Shown here in pieces: positions 1 to 8,508 of a stretch of DNA of 64,000 nt. The stretch covers positions 3,136,001 through 3,200,000 of the forward strand of contig OY759353.1 of the NCBI GenBank assembly GCA_963662315.1, read 5' to 3'. A program made the translations under genes and the position numbers. The DNA comes from Geopsychrobacteraceae bacterium (GTDB lineage Bacteria; Desulfobacterota; Desulfuromonadia; Desulfuromonadales; Geopsychrobacteraceae). The notes beneath the pieces are model-generated. The model made no database searches. It was not told where the DNA came from and was given only the letters and a program-made list of their open reading frames with translations. Position 1 is the first letter of the stretch, and every line of letters starts with the position of its first letter.

Positions 1-2
1 TC

Positions 3-215
3 TCCTCTGACGGGCTGACGGTTATCAATCGCCATGGCGAACTGGTTGATACCGGGGTTATTATCGATACCTCGAAGGTCAGCGACCTGATTACCGGAGG
101 CGGCCGTACCACTGCGGCCTCTGCGGCTTCTCATTTTGGCTATGTTATCAAAGTGTCCGAAGATGGGCCGGTCGATTTTTTCAGAAACGGTCAAAGTATC
201 TATCGTTTCGACTAG
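3..215 (+). CDS. C-terminal fragment of a DisA_N/diadenylate-cyclase-fold protein (5'-truncated by window edge)
   Basis: Open frame from nt 3 to TAG 213-215: SSDGLTVINRHGELVDTGVIID...GGGRTTAASAASHFGYVIKVSEDGPV. Spacing resembles DAC motifs DGA / G-x-RHxxA / VxxVSEDG. Confidence 0.6.
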   Translation, partial: SSDGLTVINRHGELVDTGVIIDTSKVSDLITGGGRTTAASAASHFGYVIKVSEDGPVDFFRNGQSIYRFD

Positions 216-221
216 TGAACG

Positions 222-1109
222 TCAGGCCTGCCTCTGATCTCGGTAACTGTTGAATTCGGCAATGATGTGTTGCTCGAGTGCTTCAATCAGTGGTTGTTGG
301 CCGTTTTTGTTTTTGTAGAGCATAAGGGATGTCTGAGGTAGAACCGGCAGACCAATATCTTGTGGAACTTGCTGGAGATTGGCGGGTAAAGCACTGACGC
401 TGAGCAAGGTGATGGCCAGACCGGCCTGAACCGCAGATTGCAGACCGACAAGCGATGCGCTTGTATAGGCAATACGGTACTCAATAGCCGCTTTTTCCAA
501 GGCGCTCACGGCCCATTGTTTCCAACAGCAGCTGCCCTGGAACATGGCAATGGGTAACGGTCGTTGCGACAGAATATCGTGCTCCGGGCTGTAAACCCAG
601 AGAATCGGTTCGGTACGCAGCAGGGTTGCATCTTCCAGCTCCGGTGTCATAGAACTCATAATGGCCAGATCTATTTCGCCTTTATGCAATTTCAGCATTA
701 ATTGGCTACTTGACTCGCAGCAGACTTTGACCTGAACCCGGGGATGCGTTCGTGAAAATCGCGCCAGAATTCGAGGGAGAAAACGGGGAGCGTAATCGTC
801 AGGAAGCCCGATTTCAACACTGCCACTTAATTCAGGGCGCTTAAGCAGTAAAAGTGCCTCTTCACTCAGCTGTAAGATCTTCCTGGCATAGCCAAGCAGA
901 GTTCGACCGTCTGCAGTCAGTGTTAATTCCTTACGATCACGAATAAACAGAGTTTTTCCCAGCATTTCTTCGAGTTTTTTGATCTGCATGCTGATCGCCG
1001 ACTGAGTTCGGTGCACTTTTTCCGCTGCTAGGCTAAAACTGCCACTGTCAACAATAGCCACAAAACTGCGCAAAAGGTCACTGGGAATATGATTCATAAC
1101 ATGTTCCAT
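222..1109 (-). CDS. LysR-family transcriptional regulator
   Basis: N-terminal HTH (LRSFVAIVDSGSFSLAAEKVHRTQSAISMQIKKLE) plus substrate-binding domain. Start may be ATG at 1097. Confidence 0.95.
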   Translation of the reverse strand: MEHVMNHIPSDLLRSFVAIVDSGSFSLAAEKVHRTQSAISMQIKKLEEMLGKTLFIRDRKELTLTADGRTLLGYARKILQLSEEALLLLKRPELSGSVEIGLPDDYAPRFLPRILARFSRTHPRVQVKVCCESSSQLMLKLHKGEIDLAIMSSMTPELEDATLLRTEPILWVYSPEHDILSQRPLPIAMFQGSCCWKQWAVSALEKAAIEYRIAYTSASLVGLQSAVQAGLAITLLSVSALPANLQQVPQDIGLPVLPQTSLMLYKNKNGQQPLIEALEQHIIAEFNSYRDQRQA

Positions 1110-1122
1110 CAGAAAAATTGAT
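1108..1122. promoter_or_regulatory. Putative LysR recognition site (ATC-N9-GAT, T-N11-A)
   Basis: atcagaaaaattgat between the divergent LysR and DUF1127 genes. Confidence 0.45.
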
Positions 1123-1204
1123 AATCAACATCAAATATATTCGTTTGATAAATATTAAGCGCCTCTGCATAGTGATTGTCAACAACTAAAAAGGAGGTGG
1201 CCTC

Positions 1205-1558
1205 ATGGCTGATCATATTAAGAGTGAAAAACGTTATGGCAAGGGGTGGCTGAATCAGTGGTGGCAGAAGGTCATTCAGCATTTGTTCTATTGGCATGAT
1301 CGCCATGAACTACAACGAATGGATGACCGCATGCTCAAGGATATCGGACTGTCTCGAGCGGATGTTAAACGTATGGCGGGTAGTCGCTGGCAACGTACTG
1401 AGCCGTTAACATACGAGCAATATATGAAGCTGGATGAATTGCAGTTGATGGCTTTTTATAAACTGCGCGCTGAAAAACATCTGCACAGAACCGATGCTCA
1501 GCCCCAGAGGTGCGCTTGTGGCAGAGAATCCTCTCAAACAACAGAGCCTGGCTGCTGA
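1205..1558 (+). CDS. DUF1127-domain small protein
   Basis: WHDRHELQRMDDRMLKDIGLSRADV matches the DUF1127 core. Strong RBS aggaggtg. Divergent from LysR. Confidence 0.8.
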   Translation: MADHIKSEKRYGKGWLNQWWQKVIQHLFYWHDRHELQRMDDRMLKDIGLSRADVKRMAGSRWQRTEPLTYEQYMKLDELQLMAFYKLRAEKHLHRTDAQPQRCACGRESSQTTEPGC

Positions 1559-2631
1559 TAGCGTTGCAGAATGAGCTCGATGTCATCACTCACGCTGACC
1601 AGAAGGTCAACCAGGCGCGGCTCAAAAATTTTACCGCGGTTCTCGGTAATATATTCCATGGTGGCCTTGTGGCTCCAGGCTTCCTTGTAATGGCGTTTCT
1701 GGCGCAGCGCATCGTAAATATCGGCAATGCAGGTAATCCGGCCGAAAATATGGATTTTGTCACCTTTCAGGCCATTTGGGTAACCCTGCCCGTCCCAGCG
1801 TTCATGGTGCTGGGCCGCAATAATCGCACCGGCCTGAATGATCGGTTGTTCGGAGTTACTCAACATTTGCGCACCAATGGTGGTGTGGGTTTTGATCAGG
1901 TCAAATTCTTCCGGGGTCAAGCGGCCCGCTTTGTTGAGAACCGCATCGGGAATCCCTATTTTACCGACGTCATGCAGTGGTGACGCCATCCGCAGTTTTT
2001 CGGCATCCTCTTTGGTCAGTCCGTACCTTAAAGCGAGCAGGCGCGATATGTAAGCAACCCGGCGGACATGATTTCCGGTTTCCTGGGAGCGAGTTTCAAT
2101 CACGTCACCAAGCTTTACTGCCAGCTCTTTCTGGGTGTCTATCAGTTGTAAATTCAGGCGTTGAATCGCCTGTGTCTTCTGCTCAACAAGCTGTTCCAGG
2201 TGTTCCCGGTAAAGACGATTCTGCAGCAGCAGGTGAGCTTTCTCTTCGAGCAGCTTGACTTTGTGCAACAGCAGGTTGGGATCATTGATCGGTTTGGAAA
2301 TGAAATCCCAACCCCCTTCGGAAATGGTCTGCATCGCTTCACTGATGAGACCGACCCCGGAAATAATCAGTTTGGGGATGTCGGGATGGCTGGCAGTGAT
2401 GGTGGTGAGAAGCGTATGTCCTGACAAGACAGGCATGTGAAGATCAAGGATAATCAGATCCGGTATGTCTGCATAGAAGCGTTCAAGCCCTTCCCTGCCG
2501 TTATGAGCCAGGGTCGTTGCGTAACCGAAATCCTCAAAAAAAGCAGCAAGATTTTCGCAGATGGAAACTTCATCATCAACCAGGAGAATCTTGGTTATCT
2601 GATAAGGTTGGGTCCAGGATTCTTCCGCCAT
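1534..2631 (-). CDS. Response regulator with HD-GYP c-di-GMP phosphodiesterase domain (RpfG-like)
   Basis: REC domain (LLVDDE, DLHMP, KP) plus HDVGKIGIPD and HHERWDGQGYP. Confidence 0.95.
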   Translation of the reverse strand: MAEESWTQPYQITKILLVDDEVSICENLAAFFEDFGYATTLAHNGREGLERFYADIPDLIILDLHMPVLSGHTLLTTITASHPDIPKLIISGVGLISEAMQTISEGGWDFISKPINDPNLLLHKVKLLEEKAHLLLQNRLYREHLEQLVEQKTQAIQRLNLQLIDTQKELAVKLGDVIETRSQETGNHVRRVAYISRLLALRYGLTKEDAEKLRMASPLHDVGKIGIPDAVLNKAGRLTPEEFDLIKTHTTIGAQMLSNSEQPIIQAGAIIAAQHHERWDGQGYPNGLKGDKIHIFGRITCIADIYDALRQKRHYKEAWSHKATMEYITENRGKIFEPRLVDLLVSVSDDIELILQRYQQPGSVV

Positions 2632-2637
2632 GCCGCG

Positions 2638-5046
2638 TTATCCCCTAGGCAGTTTAATGGTAAAGGTGGTTCCCTGATCAATAGCTGAATCGACCTGAAA
2701 TTGACCTTGATGACGCTTAACGATAATAAAATAGGCGACTGACAGTCCAAGTCCGGTGCCGACACCTATTTCCTTGGTCGTAAAAAATGGCTCGAAAATC
2801 CGCAATTTAATTGCGTCCGGTATGCCAGGTCCGTTGTCTTTAAAGGTAATTATAACATGGTCTTCGCTGGCTTTGGCAGCCAGGACTATTTCCGGAGTAA
2901 AGCCATCCCGTTTAATCTCTGCCAGGGCCTGGCAGGCATTTTTAATCAGATTAAAAAAGACCTGGACTATTTCAATACGATTGACTCGGATTTCCGCCAT
3001 CTTGTCAGGAATCTCCCGAGTGATCACTGTTTGGCGGAAATTAAACTTTTTCTTCAACTCATAATCGTTCCAGGCCATTTCCATCGCATTGTCAATGAGC
3101 TGCTGAACCGAACAGATTTCACGCTCTGAGGCGGAGCTTGCCGTAAAGTTCAACATCGTCTGGATAATATCGGCACTGCGCTCGACGGCATGGGCAATAT
3201 TGTCAAGAAATGAGGTGATACTGCGTTGTTCCAGATACAGTTGCAACTGGTCAAGGTCAATGCCGAGCTCCTCCGCTATTTTACGATTGGCGGGTAAGGT
3301 ATTGGATAACCTCCTCCTGGTGTTCTGGGCCGCTTGACTGATAATACTCAAAGGATTATTGATTTCATGAGCCAGGCCCGCTGCCAGACCCCCGATAGAC
3401 ATCATCTTCTCAGTTTGCACCATCATTTCTTCAAAGCGCGCCTGATTGGTGATGTCGTCAATGCGGATCACCAGATGCAAGGGATTGCTGGTTGAAAGCG
3501 GGTAGGCGGAGATGCTGATATTCTGAGATTCACCATTTTCCCTCAAGGACAGATTGTGCTGAAACGTCAGGCGCTCCCGGCAAGTCTGAACGATTTCCGG
3601 AAACAGATTGTGCAGGTATGGAAGTAAGCTGGTAATGTTACTGCCGGTGGCTTGTTGTTGATTGATCTGCAATTTTTCACTGGCATATTTATTCCAGTGG
3701 ATAACATGACCTTCGCTATCAACAGCTGCAATAATCGATGGCATGGCATCGATGATATTACCCAATTGATCCCGGTATTCTCGGGCCTCACGTTCCAAAT
3801 GCTGACGCTCTTCAAGCATCAGGTTGGCAGACATGGCCAGTTGCCTGAACTCTTTAAAACTCTGGCTGCTATAATCAAGAGGGATATTGTCTCGGGCGCA
3901 ACGGTCAAAAAAGTTCTGAAAATTATTGAAACTAGAGGCGACAATCTGCTTCTGTTTTCTTGAAACCAGCCAGCCGATTGCAACAAACACAATCAGGGTT
4001 GTGCTTAAGGCTGCGAGTTTATATTTCATGGCGGTTTTCTGTGCCGCCAGCATTGTGGCTATTTCCTGGTCAAGGTCGGCGACAAAATCGCCAGTTCCCA
4101 CATACCATTGCCAGTCTGGAACCGGTGCAACGTAGCTGATTTTCGGGGCGGTTTTGTCACCTGCCAGAGGCGGCATAACATATTCAAGATACCCTCCCCC
4201 TTGCTTGGCCAGGCGGATGAATTCCTGGACTATTTTGACACCATTATTATCGGTAACCTCGAGCATATTGCGTCCCCGTGCCGGGTAGGTGAGGCTGACA
4301 CCATCGTAGGTGGTCATAAAAATGTAGGTATCATTGCTAAAGCGCAGCTTTTCAATCTGATTGATCAGAGCCTGTTGAGTGCTTGCTTCGATATCGCTGA
4401 TGTATTCTCCGGTGCCGATCAGCCAATTAAATGGTGCGAAGTATTTCACATAGGAAACTTTCGCACACTCTGTTTGGCCTTTTCCGCCGGGTTTTGGCCA
4501 ATGGTAGGTTAAACTTCCTTCTTGATCTTCCTGTGCGATTTCGATCAGGGATTTAACAACCTCCTGGTGTTGAGAATTTTTTAAATAAGAAAAACTATGA
4601 TTTTCAAGAGACGGAGCTGGTGGGTAGAGTTCAACCACGCCATCAAGGCTGAGGGCAAAAAAGTAGCCGCGCCCATTGTTGTAACGCAGGTTCCGTAATG
4701 AGGAGATGATCAGATCCTTGACCATGTCCGGGGGATAGTGCCGTTCTTGTTTCCGGTACAACTCCGAGACCATTTCAAAGGCTTCAAGGGTGCGGTTTCT
4801 GGCAGTAGCAACGGCATTGTTATGAATCTGCTGGCGTTCATATTTGATCAGGTCAAGAGCAATCTGGACATGTTCTTTTTGCGTTTTGCGTTGCATTTTC
4901 TTGGTCTGGTGCAGCAACAGGTCTGTTTCATTCTGCAGCTGAAGGAAGCTACTGATCAGCCAGAATGCACCAATAACCACAATGGAAACAGTAATTCCCA
5001 GCAGCAGTCGAACATAAAAACTGCGAGTTAGGCTGTGTTGTGTCAT
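2638..5046 (-). CDS. Sensor histidine kinase with tandem Cache domains and PAS
   Basis: Two TM segments, two Cache-like repeats (GYFF...YHWPKPG; YIF...YVMPP), PAS, H-box AHEINNPL, NLIKNA, DNGPGI, GTGLGL. Start set at ATG 5046 after gggga RBS. Confidence 0.92.
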   Translation of the reverse strand: MTQHSLTRSFYVRLLLGITVSIVVIGAFWLISSFLQLQNETDLLLHQTKKMQRKTQKEHVQIALDLIKYERQQIHNNAVATARNRTLEAFEMVSELYRKQERHYPPDMVKDLIISSLRNLRYNNGRGYFFALSLDGVVELYPPAPSLENHSFSYLKNSQHQEVVKSLIEIAQEDQEGSLTYHWPKPGGKGQTECAKVSYVKYFAPFNWLIGTGEYISDIEASTQQALINQIEKLRFSNDTYIFMTTYDGVSLTYPARGRNMLEVTDNNGVKIVQEFIRLAKQGGGYLEYVMPPLAGDKTAPKISYVAPVPDWQWYVGTGDFVADLDQEIATMLAAQKTAMKYKLAALSTTLIVFVAIGWLVSRKQKQIVASSFNNFQNFFDRCARDNIPLDYSSQSFKEFRQLAMSANLMLEERQHLEREAREYRDQLGNIIDAMPSIIAAVDSEGHVIHWNKYASEKLQINQQQATGSNITSLLPYLHNLFPEIVQTCRERLTFQHNLSLRENGESQNISISAYPLSTSNPLHLVIRIDDITNQARFEEMMVQTEKMMSIGGLAAGLAHEINNPLSIISQAAQNTRRRLSNTLPANRKIAEELGIDLDQLQLYLEQRSITSFLDNIAHAVERSADIIQTMLNFTASSASEREICSVQQLIDNAMEMAWNDYELKKKFNFRQTVITREIPDKMAEIRVNRIEIVQVFFNLIKNACQALAEIKRDGFTPEIVLAAKASEDHVIITFKDNGPGIPDAIKLRIFEPFFTTKEIGVGTGLGLSVAYFIIVKRHQGQFQVDSAIDQGTTFTIKLPRG

Positions 5047-5484
5047 AGGTGATTCCCCGGACCAAAAACATGATGTAGATATCCGCTTCGCTCCAGTGGG
5101 AAGATCAGAACTTAAGAACTTATTATCTCCAGGCAAACATGCACCCTTGCAGGGAGAAGTTCCTCGCCTGTTCTGGAGTGTTACAGAAGTAAACCGGATA
5201 TTCAAAAAAAATATAACAGCAAATATAGCATTAAGCTGAGCCAAGCACACTCACTGATTGATCTTATAAACTTGAAAACTTTAAAAAAATGGCCAGGGAG
5301 GGCATTAGGTTAACTGAAACGTGGCTTTTGTCATGCCGGGCTGAATCATCAGGCCAGGAATCAGCGGGGCGACTATATGCAGGGCAAAAATCTGCTTAAC
5401 CGATCGATCGTTAATCAGTATCACCAGATATCAAGAAACGCTTCAAGACAAAAAAAGGAAAACACCTTATTGATGCCCATAGGT

Positions 5485-5985
5485 TTACAGCGAAGAGCGA
5501 CGTTCCATGGCCGCTTCAATAATCAGACCGGTGGGAATGCCAATCGCCAGAGTGACGGCCGCACGACCTATGGTAAACGGCCAGCCTAAAAAGCCGCTTT
5601 CGATAGGAAGCATCTGCAGTTTTACGGCATAACTGGTCAGGACAATCGCAACAACCGCCCAACGTGCTCCCTGCTTGCGAATTTCCATCAGTAACGGAAA
5701 CACCAGGTACGCAGGACCAATAAGCAAGGTGCCGCAGAATGATGCGAGCAACAGACTCTTGATACCACTGTCGCGGCCGAGCAACCGCACGATCACATCG
5801 CGACTGATCCATACCTGCAACAGACCAATCAGACCAAATACAGCCATAATCAGCAGGATCACCGATCCGAAGATATTTAAAGTGGTGTGCAGGGCTGCCA
5901 TGGCTCGCTCAGGACGGATCGAAAACGTCACCACATAGAGAGCCAGGGTCAAGTACAGTAACCAGTGAGAACGTAAACTGCGCAT
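5485..5985 (-). CDS. Small permease subunit (DUF318/ArsP-like half)
   Basis: Hydrophobic 166 aa MRSLRSHWLL..., GTLLIGPAYLVFPL motif, paralogous to upstream gene. The ORF-track N-terminal extension overlaps the upstream gene and is spurious. Confidence 0.7.
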   Translation of the reverse strand: MRSLRSHWLLYLTLALYVVTFSIRPERAMAALHTTLNIFGSVILLIMAVFGLIGLLQVWISRDVIVRLLGRDSGIKSLLLASFCGTLLIGPAYLVFPLLMEIRKQGARWAVVAIVLTSYAVKLQMLPIESGFLGWPFTIGRAAVTLAIGIPTGLIIEAAMERRSSL

Positions 5986-5987
5986 AA

Positions 5988-6470
5988 TCATAACAATAAC
6001 CCAAGAGCCAGACCGGCGAGCATGGCAGCGACAAAGCTGATGCTGTTGCGCAGTACCGCGAAGCGCAGGCTGAAAATAGAGGCTTCGAACGGCAGGGTGA
6101 TGATGCCGATAGAGATCCAGCTGAAAATAAAAGCCGCCACGGCAGGTGGCCAGGCTCCCGATTGTAGCAGCGTCTGGGCTAATGGGTAGGCCGCAATTGG
6201 TGGACCAATAGAGATTGCCCCGACAATGGTACTGATCACAAGAGCAACGGGGCCTTCGGTGCGACTGAAAAAAGCCGATATGGTCGCCGGTGGTACAAAT
6301 TCCTGGAACAGTCCGATCAGGCCGAATATGGCCAGCAGAAAGGGAATCATTTTGAACAGTGATTTTTTGACAACTATAAGGGACTGAATGGTTTTGGAGC
6401 GGTTTTTGAGCGCCAGTATCAGGTAACAACTTCCGATAATGACAAGATAAATCAGACCGATTTTTAGCAT
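5988..6470 (-). CDS. Small permease subunit (DUF318/ArsP-like half)
   Basis: Hydrophobic 160 aa with GAISIGPPIAAYPLA and LPFEASIF motifs. Confidence 0.75.
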   Translation of the reverse strand: MLKIGLIYLVIIGSCYLILALKNRSKTIQSLIVVKKSLFKMIPFLLAIFGLIGLFQEFVPPATISAFFSRTEGPVALVISTIVGAISIGPPIAAYPLAQTLLQSGAWPPAVAAFIFSWISIGIITLPFEASIFSLRFAVLRNSISFVAAMLAGLALGLLL

Positions 6471-6542
6471 AGGCGCTATAACCTTATGAACAGACCGAAT
6501 TAAAAATTTTGCCAGGCGCTCAGGATAACATTTTTCCGTATC

Positions 6543-7070
6543 TTAAAGGGAGGCCTGTTGGCGAACATATTCGAAAGCAACGATAGAAGAGGCAACGCTC
6601 ACATTAAGGCTCTGGACACTGCCGAACTGAGGAATGCTTAAAGATCGGATCGCTGGGTAGATGGCTGGATCAAAGCTGAAGCCGAATTCTTCATGACCAA
6701 AAATAAAGGCGGCTTTAGGGGGAAAATGGCAGGTGCACAGATCATGCTCGGCATCAGGAGTCAGACGGAAAAATTGATAACCACCAGCGGCCAGTTGCTC
6801 ATAGCAGGTCGCGAAATTTTCGTGAAAAACGGCGGGAACTTTGCGAAATGAACCCTTGGCCGGAGCCGGATCAAACGGTCCGATATTGATCAGATGAACC
6901 GCCGCGGCCCCAAAAGCTTCGGCGCTGCGGAAAATCTTGGGGACATTAAAGCCCGGCTTAAGATGGTCAAGAACCAGAATGAAATCGTGGTTTCCCGGCT
7001 TGGCGAGGATATTTTTGCGGCGTTCTTTTTCGTAACGCAGTAACGCATTGCGTTCGTGTCGGTTGGCCAT
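6543..7070 (-). CDS. SpoU/TrmH-family RNA 2'-O-methyltransferase
   Basis: LVLDHLKPGFNVPKIFRSAEAFG, FIFGHEEFG and IPQFGSVQSLNVSVA SPOUT motifs. Confidence 0.88.
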   Translation of the reverse strand: MANRHERNALLRYEKERRKNILAKPGNHDFILVLDHLKPGFNVPKIFRSAEAFGAAAVHLINIGPFDPAPAKGSFRKVPAVFHENFATCYEQLAAGGYQFFRLTPDAEHDLCTCHFPPKAAFIFGHEEFGFSFDPAIYPAIRSLSIPQFGSVQSLNVSVASSIVAFEYVRQQASL

Positions 7071-7240
7071 TATCTTTCCATAGCGATGAAGTTTGCCTAT
7101 TCGTAACAGTGTGTGGAGCAGGATCATACCTGTTACAGAGTCTAATGCCCAGCATTAAAGGGGAATTTTCTGGGAGCAGGCATATTGGAGCGCAGAAAAG
7201 CGCTCCTGACAGGTGAATGTCGGCTGAGCCTGCCAGGCTG

Positions 7241-8236
7241 TTACGGGTGGATGCCGCATGACTGACGCACAATCAGTTCGCACGACAGGACCACCTGCCG
7301 TGGCGGGCGTTGTGGATTCGCTATTCTCTTGAAAAGCATCTCGCCAGCAGTCTGGCCTATGGCGTAGGTAGGCTGCTTGACCACCGTAATGGCCGGTCGT
7401 GTCATTGGTGTCCAGGGGGATTCATCGAAGGTTGCAAAGGCAATAGCATGGGGTACGGCAACCTCTTTATCGCGGATGGCCCGGAATGCTCCCCCGGCCA
7501 GCAGCCCACTACTGGTAATCACGGCATCAGGCGGATTGGGGAGTTGGAGTAATCCGGTCATGGCCGCATGTCCGCCATCCTCTCGGGCCGGGACTTCGAT
7601 GATCAGATTTTCGTCAGGCGTTAGGCCGGCATCACGAAAGGCAGAGAAAAAACCGTCCCGCCGTTCACGGCCAGTGACGCTTCTTGCGCCAAATATCCCG
7701 GCAATACGCTGATAACCATGTTCCAGCATATGATGAGTCAGCATTTTTGCTGCGGCGTTGTTATTAATGACGACACTGTCCACATTTGTGTTGCTGACCT
7801 TGCGGTCTATAATCACCAGGGGGCCATTACTGGCGAGGTTTTCCTGAAAATTATCGGCCAGTTTTGTGGTTGGCGCGAGAATAATTCCTGCAGCATTTTC
7901 ATCCTGCATAAGTTCCAAATATTGCTTCTCCTTGTCAGGATTTTCGTCTGAGTTACAGAGGATGACGCTGTAATTATGCTGCTGGGCAACATCTTCAACC
8001 GCCCGGCAGACTGAGGCGAAAAACGGGTTCTGAATGTCGGCGACAATCAGGCCGATGGAGCTGGTGGTTTTTGACCGCAGGCTGCGAGCGGCCCGGTTTG
8101 GTGAATAGTTCATGGCCTTGACAACCGCAAGAACCTTCTCCTTAACCTCGGGCCTGACATTCTGCTTGCCGCTGAGTACACGCGAAACCGTTGCTGTTGA
8201 AACCCCGGACGCCTCAGCAATATCTTTAATCTTCAT
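7241..8236 (-). CDS. LacI-family repressor, probable regulator of the fructose PTS operon
   Basis: IKDIAEASGVSTATVSRVL HTH, YSPNRAARSL hinge, divergent from fru operon. Confidence 0.95.
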   Translation of the reverse strand: MKIKDIAEASGVSTATVSRVLSGKQNVRPEVKEKVLAVVKAMNYSPNRAARSLRSKTTSSIGLIVADIQNPFFASVCRAVEDVAQQHNYSVILCNSDENPDKEKQYLELMQDENAAGIILAPTTKLADNFQENLASNGPLVIIDRKVSNTNVDSVVINNNAAAKMLTHHMLEHGYQRIAGIFGARSVTGRERRDGFFSAFRDAGLTPDENLIIEVPAREDGGHAAMTGLLQLPNPPDAVITSSGLLAGGAFRAIRDKEVAVPHAIAFATFDESPWTPMTRPAITVVKQPTYAIGQTAGEMLFKRIANPQRPPRQVVLSCELIVRQSCGIHP

Positions 8237-8260
8237 AATACGACTCCTGTAAGCTCTAAA

Positions 8261-8274
8261 TGTAATCCATTACA
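8261..8274. promoter_or_regulatory. Auxiliary LacI-type operator TGTAATCCATTACA
   Basis: 13/14 match to the core TGTAATCGATTACA at 8464-8477. Confidence 0.65.
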
Positions 8275-8386
8275 GAGCTCACATCAATAGCTTCATTTTC
8301 CCCAGGAACCACTTCAGTATTCTGCCTGATAACCTTATCCGCCTAGTATTGTTAATTATTTCAATGCGAGGACTCAAAACTTAAAA

Positions 8387-8400
8387 AGTAATCGATGTCA
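8387..8400. promoter_or_regulatory. Weaker LacI-type operator AGTAATCGATGTCA
   Basis: 11/14 match to the core operator. Confidence 0.5.
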
Positions 8401-8446
8401 GGATGAATATAGCTGAAATTTCGCTATAATTTAAAGAGAAAATATT

Positions 8447-8494
8447 TTGTTTGACATGAAAAATGTAATCGATTACATTTTTCATGTCAAACAA
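8447..8494. promoter_or_regulatory. 48-bp perfect palindrome: main LacI operator plus symmetric sigma70 promoters (TTGACA-17-TACATT on both strands)
   Basis: ttgtttgacatgaaaaatgtaatc|gattacatttttcatgtcaaacaa. Plus-strand -35 at 8451-8456, -10 at 8474-8479. Confidence 0.8.
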
Positions 8495-8508
8495 TTCAGG
8501 AGGCTATT

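Noticed and set aside
5047..5250. 68-aa N-terminal extension of the sensor kinase in the ORF track
   Set aside because: No RBS and a non-protein-like sequence. ATG 5046 has an RBS and precedes the first TM helix.
5986..6429. 314-aa ORF 5485-6429 as a single protein
   Set aside because: The first ~147 codons overlap the real permease gene in another frame. Only 5485-5985 is credible.
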